Positions 9,847-21,760 are shown, numbered from the stretch's first letter. The stretch: 64,000 nt of DNA from Patescibacteria group bacterium (GCA_028865095.1 JAGWLA010000004.1:8428-72427); one strand, 5' to 3'. The notes: generated by a model from the sequence alone, not told the origin. Made by a program: numbers and translations.

Positions 9847-10893
9847 TCATGCCGCCGCCGCGACGGAGTATCTCCCTTCCTTGTCCCGCTTGAAGTACCG
9901 GGGATTCTGGAGATTGACCGCGATGGTGTTCTCTTTGACGTAGCGCTCCTTCATGACCTTGCCGACGATCTCTTCCTTGGTCAGAGGGCCGCTCTTCTCG
10001 ATGATGCTCTTGATGACGTCGCGGACGATGCCGGGAGCGTAGCCCCATTCGGCGAGGGCGTAGAGGCCGCGGCCGACCAGGACGAAGCGCTTGTCCTTGA
10101 TGAGCTCGTTGTGGGTCGTCGCCACGTGGGCTTTCTTGTCGAACAGCTTCTCGATCTGCTTGGCGACGTCGCGGAAATGGATCGGAGAGCCGTGCTTCCT
10201 GATGACCAGGAAGGCATAGTCCCTGACGCCTTTGGTATGGATATTGGACGATTCGGTCTTGCCCCAGTCGCCCATGGCGTTCTTGCCGACTTTCTTGGAC
10301 AGGGAGAGCCAGCGCTTGACGATCTCCTGGTTCTTATAGCGCTCGGAGACGTCTTCGAGGTGGTGGAGGAGGCGGTTGACCATCTCCGATTCCGGGAGGA
10401 GGTCGTCGGTCGAGAGGCTCCCGTAGAGCTTGTGCAGGGCGTCCTCGACCTTGCGGGCGAGGTCCTCGTTCACGTGCCAGCGGTGCTTGAAGTCGTCGTC
10501 CTCCTTGCGCTTCTCGAACGGCTCGCCGATGACGAGCAGGAAGTGGACGTGGTTCTTCAGGCCCTGGTCCTTGGAGACGTGGCCGAGGAAGTCGTCTTCG
10601 ACGACCACGCCGCCGAGCGAATGCAGGAGCGCCTCGATCTCGGCGAACGCGGCTTTCTCCTGGGAATAGGCATCCGACTTGCGGATGGTCCCGAGGGCGT
10701 ACGCCTCGATCTGGCGGACGCGCTCGCGGGTGATGTCATACTTCTTGCCGATGGCGTCGAGGGTCATGCGCTCGACCGACTTCCCCAGGCCGTAGCGGTA
10801 TATGACCACGTCCTTGGCCCTGTCCGGGAGGCACGAAAGGAGCCTCTTGACGACGGCTTTGGGCTTGAAAGACAGGGCGTGCGATGTGGCCAT
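9847..10893 (-). CDS. Sigma-70 region-4 (HTH) domain-containing protein
   Basis: N-terminal DAIGKKYDITRERVRQIEAYAL resembles sigma-70 region 4.2; no region 2 recognised; 348 aa. Confidence 0.6.
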   Translation of the reverse strand: MATSHALSFKPKAVVKRLLSCLPDRAKDVVIYRYGLGKSVERMTLDAIGKKYDITRERVRQIEAYALGTIRKSDAYSQEKAAFAEIEALLHSLGGVVVEDDFLGHVSKDQGLKNHVHFLLVIGEPFEKRKEDDDFKHRWHVNEDLARKVEDALHKLYGSLSTDDLLPESEMVNRLLHHLEDVSERYKNQEIVKRWLSLSKKVGKNAMGDWGKTESSNIHTKGVRDYAFLVIRKHGSPIHFRDVAKQIEKLFDKKAHVATTHNELIKDKRFVLVGRGLYALAEWGYAPGIVRDVIKSIIEKSGPLTKEEIVGKVMKERYVKENTIAVNLQNPRYFKRDKEGRYSVAAAA

Positions 10894-11027
10894 GGGGATG
10901 GATTATTTGTTGTTATGCTGTATACGTGGCGTATGTTATATCAGTTGCTTGTGCGAAAGTCAATTGTGTGGGTTCCTGCTCGCGGCTCTCTATCCGAAAA
11001 GCCTCAAAACAATACCATTATGGTGAG

Positions 11028-15026
<3,999 letters not shown>

Positions 15027-15061
15027 GTCAGTGAATGATAGCTCAAAACGGCCGGGATGAC

Positions 15062-15114
15062 AAAAAAACGCCGCCGGGCCTTTCCTATGGCAAGGATAAG
15101 GAGGCCCGACGGCG
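15062..15114 (-). terminator. Intrinsic terminator hairpin + U7 inside the leuS 5' leader (candidate attenuator), ~35-90 nt upstream of the leuS ATG
   Basis: Minus-strand RNA: CGCCGUCGGGCC-[22-nt loop]-GGCCCGGCGGCG followed by UUUUUUU; 12-bp stem with one G-U pair. Confidence 0.5.
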
Positions 15115-15262
15115 GAGGCGGGTGAGGACGAGCACCGGTGCCCGGCTCACCGAAATACGCTATCAGCGGATCAATATGGCTTCGGCCATGCATTTGCCTA
15201 CGGCCGCTGCTGCGACAAGGAACAAAGCGATCATGAACGGGTTCGGGCGCATAACGGCCTAC

Positions 15263-15291
15263 TTTTTAGCATTTCGGCTGAGGTTTGTCAA
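15263..15291 (-). promoter_or_regulatory. Candidate sigma-70-type promoter for the leuS leader (TTGACA-N17-TAAAAA)
   Basis: Minus-strand TTGACA at 15291-15286, 17-nt spacer, TAAAAA at 15268-15263, just after the ychF stop. Confidence 0.3.
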
Positions 15292-15304
15292 TAACGCCCC
15301 GGCT

Positions 15305-16402
15305 TCAGACCTTGAACTCGATGACGTCGCCGTCCTTGACGACGTACTCTTTCCCTTCCGTGCGGACGAGGCCTTTCTCGCGGGCGGCGGCGTAGGAGCC
15401 GGCGTCGAGCAGGTCTTTCCAGAAGACGACCTCGGCCCGGATGAACTTGTCCTTGAAATCGGTGTGGATGGCCGTGCCGGCGAGCGGCGCCGTCCAGCCG
15501 CGACGGATGGTCCAGGCGCGGGTCTCGTCCTCTCCGGTGGTGAAATAGGTGATGAGGTCGAGGAGCTCGTAGCCCGTCTTGATCAGATGGTCGATGCCGT
15601 CGTCGGAGCCGCCCAGGCCGGAGCGCATCTCCGCCTTGTCGGCGCCGTCGAGGTCCTTGAGCTCGTGCTCGAGGCCGGCGTCGACGACGGCCCATCTCGA
15701 TCCGGACGCATCGAGGAACGAGGTCAAGGCGCTCCAGCGATCGTCCTTGAGCTCGTCGAGGTTGCGGCCTCCGCTCTTCTTGTTGAGGACGTACATGATC
15801 GGCTTAGCGGTCAGGAGGTGGAGCTGCTTGAGGAACGGCGCCTCATATTCGTCGGCGGCGACCGTCGAGGCCAGCGTGCCCGCTTCGAGAGCGGCTTTGA
15901 GTCGCTCGGCGAGGCCTGCTTCGATGACTGCCTCCTTTTTGCCCGCTTTCAATTCTTTGCCGAGATTGGCCAGCCGCTTCCCGACCGTCGCGAGGTCGGC
16001 CAGGATGAGCTCGAGATTGATGACTTCGATGTCCTTCAGCGGGTCTATCCGGCCGTCGACGTGGATGATGTCGGGATCCTCGAATATGCGGACCACTTCG
16101 GCGATGGCGTCGGTCTCGCGGATGTTCGACAGGAATTGGTTGCCGAGGCCCTGCCCTTCCGAAGCTCCCTTGACCAAGCCGGCGATGTCCGTGAATTCGA
16201 TGGCGGCCGGCACCGTCTTGGCGGACTTCGAGAACGCCGAGAGGGCGCCGAGGCGCTCGTCGGGCACGGCCACCACGCCGACCGACGGGTCGATGGTGGC
16301 GAACGGATAGTTGGCGATCAGCACGCCCTTCTTGGTGAGGGCGTCGAAGAGGGTGGACTTCCCGACGTTCGGGAGGCCGACGATGCCGATGGATAATGAC
16401 AT
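15305..16402 (-). CDS. ychF: Ribosome-binding ATPase YchF (Obg-like GTPase family)
   Basis: IGIVGLPNVGKSTLFDALT P-loop, TGS-like C-terminus. Start taken at the internal M (MSLSIGIVGLPN); the track start at 16441 adds 13 residues. Confidence 0.9.
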   Translation of the reverse strand: MSLSIGIVGLPNVGKSTLFDALTKKGVLIANYPFATIDPSVGVVAVPDERLGALSAFSKSAKTVPAAIEFTDIAGLVKGASEGQGLGNQFLSNIRETDAIAEVVRIFEDPDIIHVDGRIDPLKDIEVINLELILADLATVGKRLANLGKELKAGKKEAVIEAGLAERLKAALEAGTLASTVAADEYEAPFLKQLHLLTAKPIMYVLNKKSGGRNLDELKDDRWSALTSFLDASGSRWAVVDAGLEHELKDLDGADKAEMRSGLGGSDDGIDHLIKTGYELLDLITYFTTGEDETRAWTIRRGWTAPLAGTAIHTDFKDKFIRAEVVFWKDLLDAGSYAAAREKGLVRTEGKEYVVKDGDVIEFKV

Positions 16403-16448
16403 TGGCGCTATTGTATGGCAATTTGGCGCAAACGCAAGCATTCCCCGG

Positions 16449-17867
16449 CTATTCCACCTGGGCGACCCCCTTCTGGTATTCCACGAGCGGCAGGGCGCTC
16501 CAGCTCTTGAGGACGGCGGTGATGAACTTCCAGGACGCCATGATCTCCTCGGTCGAGGCGAACAAGGTCTGGTCGCCGACGAAAGCGTCGTTGATCAGGC
16601 GCTCGTAGTCGTTCGGCAGGTTCTGCCAATGGTCGGCCGGCACGTCGGTGTAGCGGAACTTCAAGGTCTTCGGCTCGACGGCGAAGGCGCCGCCGGGCGT
16701 CTTGACGAAGAACTTGATGCGGATGCCCTCGTTGGGCTGGATCTTGAAGGTGACGATGTTCTGGCCGGACGCGCCCCGCGGGCAGCGGAAATAGACGTCG
16801 ATCTCGGTGCGCGACTCGGCCATGGCCTTGCCGCTCTCGAGGTAGAACGGCACGCCTTTCCATCGGGAAGAATTGACCAGGGCCTTGAGCCGGAAATAGG
16901 TCTCGGTCTGGGAATCGGCCGGCACGCCCTGCTCCGAGCGGTATCCGGCGTATTGGCCGCGCAGGTCGCAGCTCTTGGCTGCCCGCCCGCCCGCTTGGCG
17001 CAGCTTGGCGATGACCCTGCCGCGCTCGCGGCGGATGTCGGCCGCGGAGAACGACTTCGGGCGGTCCATGGCCACGGCGGCGAGCATCATGAGCACGTGG
17101 TTCTGGCCGACGTCCTTAAGGGCGCCCACGGGGTCGTAGGTGTCTCCCCTGTCGAGGACGCCGTTCTGCTCGAAGAGCTTGATGTGGACCTTCTCGATCG
17201 ACTTGCGGTCCCAGATGGGCTCGAAGAGGCAGTTGTGGAAGCGGAACGCCAGGATGTTCTGGAGGGTCTCCTTGGCCAGATAGTGGTCGATGCGGAAGAT
17301 CTGCTCCTCCTCGAAGAGCTTGCCGAGGAGCTTGTCGAGGGAGCGGGCGTGGCCGATGTCGTTGCCGAACGGCTTCTCGATGAGGACCCGCGTCCAGCCG
17401 GTGTCGTCGGCGCAGGGCTCCGTCAGCTTGGAGGCGGCGAGGTTGGTCAGGACCCCTTCGTAGAGCGAAGGCGGCACGGAGAGGTGGAAGAGCTTGTTCG
17501 AGCACTGCCCCCAGCGGTCGTCGATCGCCTTGATCCTCTCTGCCAGGCGCCCATACGCGGCAGGGTCGTCGAACTGGCCCTGCTCGTAGGAGATATGGTC
17601 GAGGAAATGCTTCACGTCCTCTTCCTTGAACTGCCCCGGCTTGATGTTGAGGCGCCCGCGGATGAGGTCGCGGAACTCTTCCCGCGAGAAGGAGCGGCGC
17701 GAGAAGCCGATGATGCACCAGCGCGCCGGCAGGAGCTTCTTGGAATAGAGGCCGAGGAGGGCCGGCAGGAGCTTCCGGGCGGCGAGGTCGCCGGTGATGC
17801 CGAATATGGCGAATATGGTCGGGTGGAGAGGCGGGCGCGCGGCGGCAGTGGTCGAGGAGTCGTCCAT
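16449..17867 (-). CDS. zwf: Glucose-6-phosphate 1-dehydrogenase
   Basis: IFGITGDLAARKL dinucleotide-binding motif and active-site RIDHYLAKE; 472 aa. Confidence 0.9.
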   Translation of the reverse strand: MDDSSTTAAARPPLHPTIFAIFGITGDLAARKLLPALLGLYSKKLLPARWCIIGFSRRSFSREEFRDLIRGRLNIKPGQFKEEDVKHFLDHISYEQGQFDDPAAYGRLAERIKAIDDRWGQCSNKLFHLSVPPSLYEGVLTNLAASKLTEPCADDTGWTRVLIEKPFGNDIGHARSLDKLLGKLFEEEQIFRIDHYLAKETLQNILAFRFHNCLFEPIWDRKSIEKVHIKLFEQNGVLDRGDTYDPVGALKDVGQNHVLMMLAAVAMDRPKSFSAADIRRERGRVIAKLRQAGGRAAKSCDLRGQYAGYRSEQGVPADSQTETYFRLKALVNSSRWKGVPFYLESGKAMAESRTEIDVYFRCPRGASGQNIVTFKIQPNEGIRIKFFVKTPGGAFAVEPKTLKFRYTDVPADHWQNLPNDYERLINDAFVGDQTLFASTEEIMASWKFITAVLKSWSALPLVEYQKGVAQVE

Positions 17868-17884
17868 AGGGTCAGTGTATCACA

Positions 17885-18076
17885 TCAGAACTGCTCGCCC
17901 CATTTCTCCCATGCCGGGAAGACCGTCCCCGCCACGAAGACGCACGGCAGGATGAGCAGCGCGAGGAGGAGCCAGATCACCAGCTTGATGAATTTCGGGA
18001 AGACGGAAAGGATGGCGAAGAACATGTCCACCCATATGCCGACCAGGCCCTTCAATAGATCGCCGACGGTTTCCAT
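17885..18076 (-). CDS. Small membrane protein (63 aa, two predicted TM segments), 17 nt upstream of zwf
   Basis: METVGDLLKGLVGIWVDMFFAILSVF...LLALLILPCVFVAG; the longer track ORF (to 18202) would run into tRNA-Val. Confidence 0.45.
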   Translation of the reverse strand: METVGDLLKGLVGIWVDMFFAILSVFPKFIKLVIWLLLALLILPCVFVAGTVFPAWEKWGEQF

Positions 18077-18140
18077 ATGAGCTGATATACTATCGCACTC
18101 CTCTCGGCTGGTGCAAGGAGATCGGCGGACAAGCGGAGGC

Positions 18141-18217
18141 TGGTGCACCCTGCAGGGCTCGAACCTGCGGCCTCGCCCGTGTGAAGGGCGCGCTCTAGCC
18201 AACTGAGCTAAGGGTGC
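18141..18217 (-). tRNA. tRNA-Val (anticodon CAC), CCA encoded
   Basis: Minus-strand sequence GCACCCUUAGCUCAGUUGGCUAGAGCGCGCCCUUCACACGGGCG...AGGGUGCACCA folds as a cloverleaf; anticodon loop UUCACAC. Confidence 0.85.
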
Positions 18218-18240
18218 CTGTGATCTCTGATGCTTTCCTG

Positions 18241-18311
18241 TCGGGCTGCCGGGAATCGAACCCGGACCGCATCCACCCCATGGATGTATACTACCACTAT
18301 ACTACAGCCCG
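18241..18311 (-). tRNA. tRNA-Pro (anticodon GGG)
   Basis: CGGGCUG acceptor, anticodon arm CAUCC-AUGGGGU-GGAUG, T-arm CCGGG-UUCGAUU-CCCGG, 3' acceptor CAGCCCG + A. Confidence 0.8.
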
Positions 18312-18356
18312 GTTCCCGCGCCCGGCTCGGCGCGACAGGAGAAGCTTACGGCATTT

Positions 18357-18385
18357 TTGAGATTTTCACAAATACATGCTAGATT
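18357..18385 (+). promoter_or_regulatory. Candidate promoter for the plus-strand tRNA operon (TTGAGA-N17-TAGATT)
   Basis: -35-like TTGAGA at 18357-18362, 17-nt spacer, -10-like TAGATT at 18380-18385, 15 nt before tRNA-Ala(GGC). Confidence 0.4.
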
Positions 18386-18400
18386 ATGTCAGCCAGCAGC

Positions 18401-18473
18401 GGGCCATTAGCTCATCTGGTAGAGCGCACCCATGGCATGGGTGAGGTGACCGGTTCGAGTCCGGTATGGTCCA
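18401..18473 (+). tRNA. tRNA-Ala (anticodon GGC)
   Basis: GGGCCAU acceptor with G3:U70 Ala identity pair; anticodon arm CACCC-AUGGCAU-GGGUG; T-loop UUCGAGU. Confidence 0.85.
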
Positions 18474-18475
18474 CA

Positions 18476-18546
18476 CGGGGCGTAGTATAGTGGTAGTATA
18501 CACGCTTCGGGTGCGTGAGGTCCGAGTTCGATTCTCGGCGCCCCGA
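18476..18546 (+). tRNA. tRNA-Pro (anticodon CGG)
   Basis: CGGGGCG acceptor; anticodon loop UUCGGGU; T-arm CCGAG-UUCGAUU-CUCGG; starts 3 nt after tRNA-Ala(GGC). Confidence 0.8.
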
Positions 18547-18580
18547 CACGCGATAGAGGCCGCTTACCCGAAGCGGCGAC

Positions 18581-18651
18581 GGGCCTATAGTAAAGTGGTA
18601 TTACGCGGCATTCGCATTGCCGAAGCCGGGGTTCGACTCCCCGTAGGTCCA
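18581..18651 (+). tRNA. tRNA-Ala (anticodon CGC)
   Basis: GGGCCUA acceptor with G3:U70; anticodon arm CGGCA-UUCGCAU-UGCCG; T-arm CGGGG-UUCGACU-CCCCG. Confidence 0.8.
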
Positions 18652-18663
18652 CAGGCTCGATAA

Positions 18664-18696
18664 GCGAAAGCCGCTCTTCTGGGGAGCGGCTTTCGC
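18664..18696. terminator. Perfect 13-bp hairpin (GCGAAAGCCGCUC-loop-GAGCGGCUUUCGC) between the convergent tRNA operon and the small Cys-rich ORF; no flanking U-run
   Basis: Inverted repeat read directly from the sequence. It could act as a bidirectional transcription stop or RNA-processing element, but it is not a canonical intrinsic terminator. Confidence 0.4.
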
Positions 18697-18714
18697 GTCG
18701 CGACGGCCTTGGCG

Positions 18715-18792
18715 TTACTTGACGCACTCGCACTGGCTGCACTTGCCGGTGTGAGCGGCGTGGCCGCACTCGCACTTGTTCTCATCTGCCAT
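18715..18792 (-). CDS. Candidate 25-aa Cys/His-rich micro-protein MADENKCECGHAAHTGKCSQCECVK
   Basis: Short ATG-initiated ORF ending immediately before the 13-bp hairpin; 5 Cys + 2 His in 25 residues (CxC...H..H...C..CxC). The 62-aa track ORF (18715..18903) has an implausible N-terminus. Confidence 0.35.
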   Translation of the reverse strand: MADENKCECGHAAHTGKCSQCECVK

Positions 18793-18922
18793 AGTAGTAA
18801 GGACGATCAGTCGATTAGGCGGATAATCTCGACCTGAATCCCCATTATACCACCGCCGTCGAAAGAGAAAGCAAGCGCCGGTTGAACCCGCCGGCCTTTG
18901 CATGTAGTATTACCTGGCGCCC

Positions 18923-18951
18923 GAATGGGCCCGTAGCTTAGTTGGTAGAGC
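18923..18951 (+). repeat. 29-nt direct repeat AATGGGCCCGTAGCTTAGTTGGTAGAGCG (second copy at 19248-19276) flanking the GIY-YIG ORF
   Basis: Exact match seen by eye between the two loci, including 4 nt (AATG) upstream of tRNA position 1. Confidence 0.7.
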
Positions 18952-18983
18952 GTCCCGATGTGCATCGGGAAGGTCACCGGTCC
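18927..18983 (+). pseudogene. Truncated tRNA-like copy (5' 25 nt identical to tRNA-Ala(UGC), aberrant palindromic anticodon arm, no T-arm or 3' acceptor)
   Basis: GGGCCCGTAGCTTAGTTGGTAGAGCG is identical to 19252-19277; GGTCACCGGT is also shared; the anticodon arm is replaced by TCCCGATGTGCATCGGGA, which cannot give a 7-nt loop. Confidence 0.5.
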
Positions 18984-18997
18984 TTTGATAAAATGTC

Positions 18998-19261
18998 ATG
19001 CATTATGTATATATCTTGCAGAGTCTGAAGACTGGCCGCTATTACATCGGCAGCACGAACGATGTGCGACGCCGCTTAGGCGAGCATAATTCGGGAAGCA
19101 CCCCATCCTTGAAGCATCAGAGACCGCTCGCTCTAGTGTTCCGCAAGGGATATTCCGTCGCTTCGGAAGCGAAGGCGGTCGAACGAAAGCTCAAGCGCTA
19201 TAAGAGCCGCTCTATCCTAGAGAGGATCATCTCCGAGAAAGATATACTAATGGGCCCGTAG
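18998..19261 (+). CDS. GIY-YIG nuclease-family protein (YhbQ/UPF0213-like, 87 aa)
   Basis: MHYVYILQSLKTGRYYIGSTNDVRRRLGEHN carries the GIY...YIG and R...E...N motifs. The stop codon TAG (19259-19261) lies inside the 5' acceptor stem of tRNA-Ala(UGC). Confidence 0.75.
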   Translation: MHYVYILQSLKTGRYYIGSTNDVRRRLGEHNSGSTPSLKHQRPLALVFRKGYSVASEAKAVERKLKRYKSRSILERIISEKDILMGP

Positions 19262-19327
19262 CTTAGTTGGTAGAGCGCCTCATTTGCAATGAGGAGGTCA
19301 CCGGTTCGAATCCGGTCGGGTCCACCA
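19252..19327 (+). tRNA. tRNA-Ala (anticodon UGC), CCA encoded
   Basis: GGGCCCG acceptor with G3:U70; anticodon arm CCUCA-UUUGCAA-UGAGG; T-arm CCGGU-UCGAAUC-CGG; ends ...GGGTCCACCA. Confidence 0.9.
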
Positions 19328-19633
19328 TAGATGATTTTTTAGCTGGCAATGTCTGATTGAGCTCGAAGATTAGCCCTAACTTCACGGTTCCAATTCCCCA
19401 CTGCGTTTATATAGATTTCATTGTATCATCAAGAGACAATCGAATATCGTTAGAAGTAGCCTAAACCGGCCCTGCCGGCATGGTCACAAGTCCGATGGAG
19501 CACAGAGAACCCGTTATGGGGTTGCTTCATCGGCCTTGGTGGGAAACTGCCATGAGAAGGTTCGCCTTCTACCCATAGCGGGCTTTCTGTTTCTCGCTGG
19601 TGGGATTACCAGGCTCTTAAACTACAATTCAAT

Positions 19634-20821
19634 ATGGAAAATCTATTCGGGGTTCTGATACTTTTGTCTCTCTTGGCTCTGTGTGTCGGACTCATAAAAC
19701 CATCCTGGATCAAACTCAAGTCTCGTAAGCAAGTCTCGTGGATTCTTGGTGGATGCACGGTAGTATTTTTCATACTGTTTGGCGTAGTTGCGCCATCGGA
19801 TCAGTCATCTGTGTCGACGCCGGCGGCGGCTGTTCCGGTAAGTAGATCTGTGGTCGATGCTACTGCCACAACGTCAGCGACATCATCTGTTACGCCTACT
19901 GTTCACGCAGACACTAAGGCATCCATGACGCCAGGCCAGATCTCATCCCTCGAGAAGGCCATAAAGACGGCCGCGACTACCCAGCTCACGACCGATTCAA
20001 TCTATGAAGGAGCGGCCATTAGTAGTGATGGAGTTGTAAAGGTGAATATCGGCGGGCCTGTATCTGAGCTATCCTTCGATAAAGACTCATTTATCGGCGT
20101 GACTGCCAGTCTTACACAGACCATGTTGCCGGTGATATTCGGGCACGGTTACCCAGTATCGTCGGCTGTTATCACGTATCTGGCCACGACCACAGGTTCC
20201 GATAATAAGCCGCAGAATACTGTCCTTGCCACCTATACTGTCGACCAGAAGACCTACGATTCTATAGACTGGTCCGTTACACAGGCCAGCACCTTGTGCG
20301 ATACGCTTAACAATCAAGTGGATGCGAATACCTCATGCGTGATCAGCCAACTCCTTAAACCGAGTCAGCCATCAGCCGAGGAACAGGAGATCATGAATCT
20401 GGTGGCCAAGGATTTGAATGCCTACCGGCCTGATATTCAGGGTACTTCGTATAAGAGCATTGACCTCAATGCCTCGTTGCCCCCAGGTCGTCCAGATGGT
20501 TCGCAGGCTATAATAATCAGCTTCAACGCGCCGGCGTATGTGACTTCACCGGCCAATTATGTCCAAGACATAAATCCATTTTCCACCAAAGTGTTCAAAG
20601 ATGTCTATGGACTGGACGCGAATATAACCGACATCCTTCTATGGTATTACACCCCTGATAACTCGAATGTGGTGAGTTACAACTACTACATCGATCGGAA
20701 TCTGTTCAGCCAGATAGATTGGAATACCTTTGATCCAAGACTATTATGTGGCTACTTGCAGGTGGAAAATAAACTGGGAGGAGATAATCCGGAAGCGTGG
20801 TGCAACGTGCCGTCTCAGTAA
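19634..20821 (+). CDS. Hypothetical membrane-anchored surface protein (two N-terminal TM segments, Ser/Thr-rich linker, extracellular domain)
   Basis: 395-aa ORF, lower GC than genome background, hydrophobic N-terminus, T/S-rich stretch. Confidence 0.55.
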   Translation: MENLFGVLILLSLLALCVGLIKPSWIKLKSRKQVSWILGGCTVVFFILFGVVAPSDQSSVSTPAAAVPVSRSVVDATATTSATSSVTPTVHADTKASMTPGQISSLEKAIKTAATTQLTTDSIYEGAAISSDGVVKVNIGGPVSELSFDKDSFIGVTASLTQTMLPVIFGHGYPVSSAVITYLATTTGSDNKPQNTVLATYTVDQKTYDSIDWSVTQASTLCDTLNNQVDANTSCVISQLLKPSQPSAEEQEIMNLVAKDLNAYRPDIQGTSYKSIDLNASLPPGRPDGSQAIIISFNAPAYVTSPANYVQDINPFSTKVFKDVYGLDANITDILLWYYTPDNSNVVSYNYYIDRNLFSQIDWNTFDPRLLCGYLQVENKLGGDNPEAWCNVPSQ

Positions 20822-21094
20822 TCTTGAATCTTGCTACTATTTTGAAGTAGGAGCGACCGAAGACTGACAGCTTTGAAAACTATCTACACGGCCAGGTTTG
20901 CAAAGGCTCAATGACGCTGGCTGAGGCACAGCACGAAATCTCGTCCAATTGGATGACCTATGACAATATCCGCAAGGGCTTCAAGAGCGCTACAACTACA
21001 TCGATTACTACCACCACATTTAATAGCTCTGCTCCGTCCCCAAGCCTCAACATGGCTGATCCTGCTGTCAAAAAGAGTACCACCGGCCTATGTC

Positions 21095-21745
21095 ATGCGC
21101 TTGGCTCTCGCTGCTGAGACTGGAAAAAGCAGGGAGGATATACTGGAAGCAGCCGTGGATGTATTGTTCGGCATACACGATGAGGGCTCTGATTATCTAG
21201 CATGGACTCCTCTCAATCAAAGAAGCGATCTCAATCCGCAAAATTTCAAGTCACAGAGCTTTTCCGATCCCGTCGATGGATATTCCATATTATATCCTGA
21301 AAAATGGGATATGGATGTCGGTTCTTCCCCGACCATCTTCCTTCTGGCTCCTTATGCCACTGATGGTATAAGGCCCGATATAGCGATTACGCCTAACAAG
21401 GCTCCGATCAGCTTTGATCTTGATATCTATGCCAGCAGCTTTCTATCGAAGCTCAAATCGGTCAAAACCGATATAACTGGAGACGTTGTCTCGAAACAGA
21501 CGACTTTCCAAAACCAGCCTGCGTACGAGATCGCTTATGATAGGCTAAGGACTTTCGATGGGGGCAGAACATACATTAAGCAGACTGACCGCTCTATATT
21601 GTTCTTCAGGAATAACATCGCTTACTTGGTCGAATATAGGAATGGAGTCGGAGATTTTCAAAACACCGAAGCTCTTGCCGACACAATAATCAACAGCTTA
21701 GAATTCAGCGTTCCCTGCACAGGCATTTGTACTAGCAGACACTAA
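21095..21745 (+). CDS. Hypothetical protein (possibly a frameshifted remnant of a longer gene; upstream partner ORF 20911..21117 is in another frame)
   Basis: The 20960-start track ORF has a non-protein-like N-terminus; a plausible start is MRLALAAETGKSRED; the frame-1 ORF 20911..21117 ends where this one becomes protein-like. Confidence 0.35.
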   Translation: MRLALAAETGKSREDILEAAVDVLFGIHDEGSDYLAWTPLNQRSDLNPQNFKSQSFSDPVDGYSILYPEKWDMDVGSSPTIFLLAPYATDGIRPDIAITPNKAPISFDLDIYASSFLSKLKSVKTDITGDVVSKQTTFQNQPAYEIAYDRLRTFDGGRTYIKQTDRSILFFRNNIAYLVEYRNGVGDFQNTEALADTIINSLEFSVPCTGICTSRH

Positions 21746-21760
21746 AATAGTCCCGCTGCG

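Larger units (their letters stand above)
19328..21750. mobile_element. AT-richer putative horizontally acquired island abutting the 3' end of tRNA-Ala(UGC); no integrase or att repeat recognised
   Basis: Clear drop in GC relative to flanks; carries two lineage-orphan ORFs; a tRNA 3' end is a classic island insertion point. Confidence 0.35.

Noticed and set aside
15027-15304. T-box riboswitch in the leuS leader
   Set aside because: The terminator is present, but I could not find the conserved T-box sequence (AAUUAGGGUGGNACCGCG) or a clear specifier loop, so it is reported only as a generic attenuator candidate.
18927-19327. Group I intron or split tRNA explaining the GIY-YIG ORF inside the tRNA-Ala locus
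   Set aside because: The insert sits after tRNA position ~55 rather than in the anticodon loop, is too short for a group I core plus ORF, and the downstream tRNA is complete on its own.
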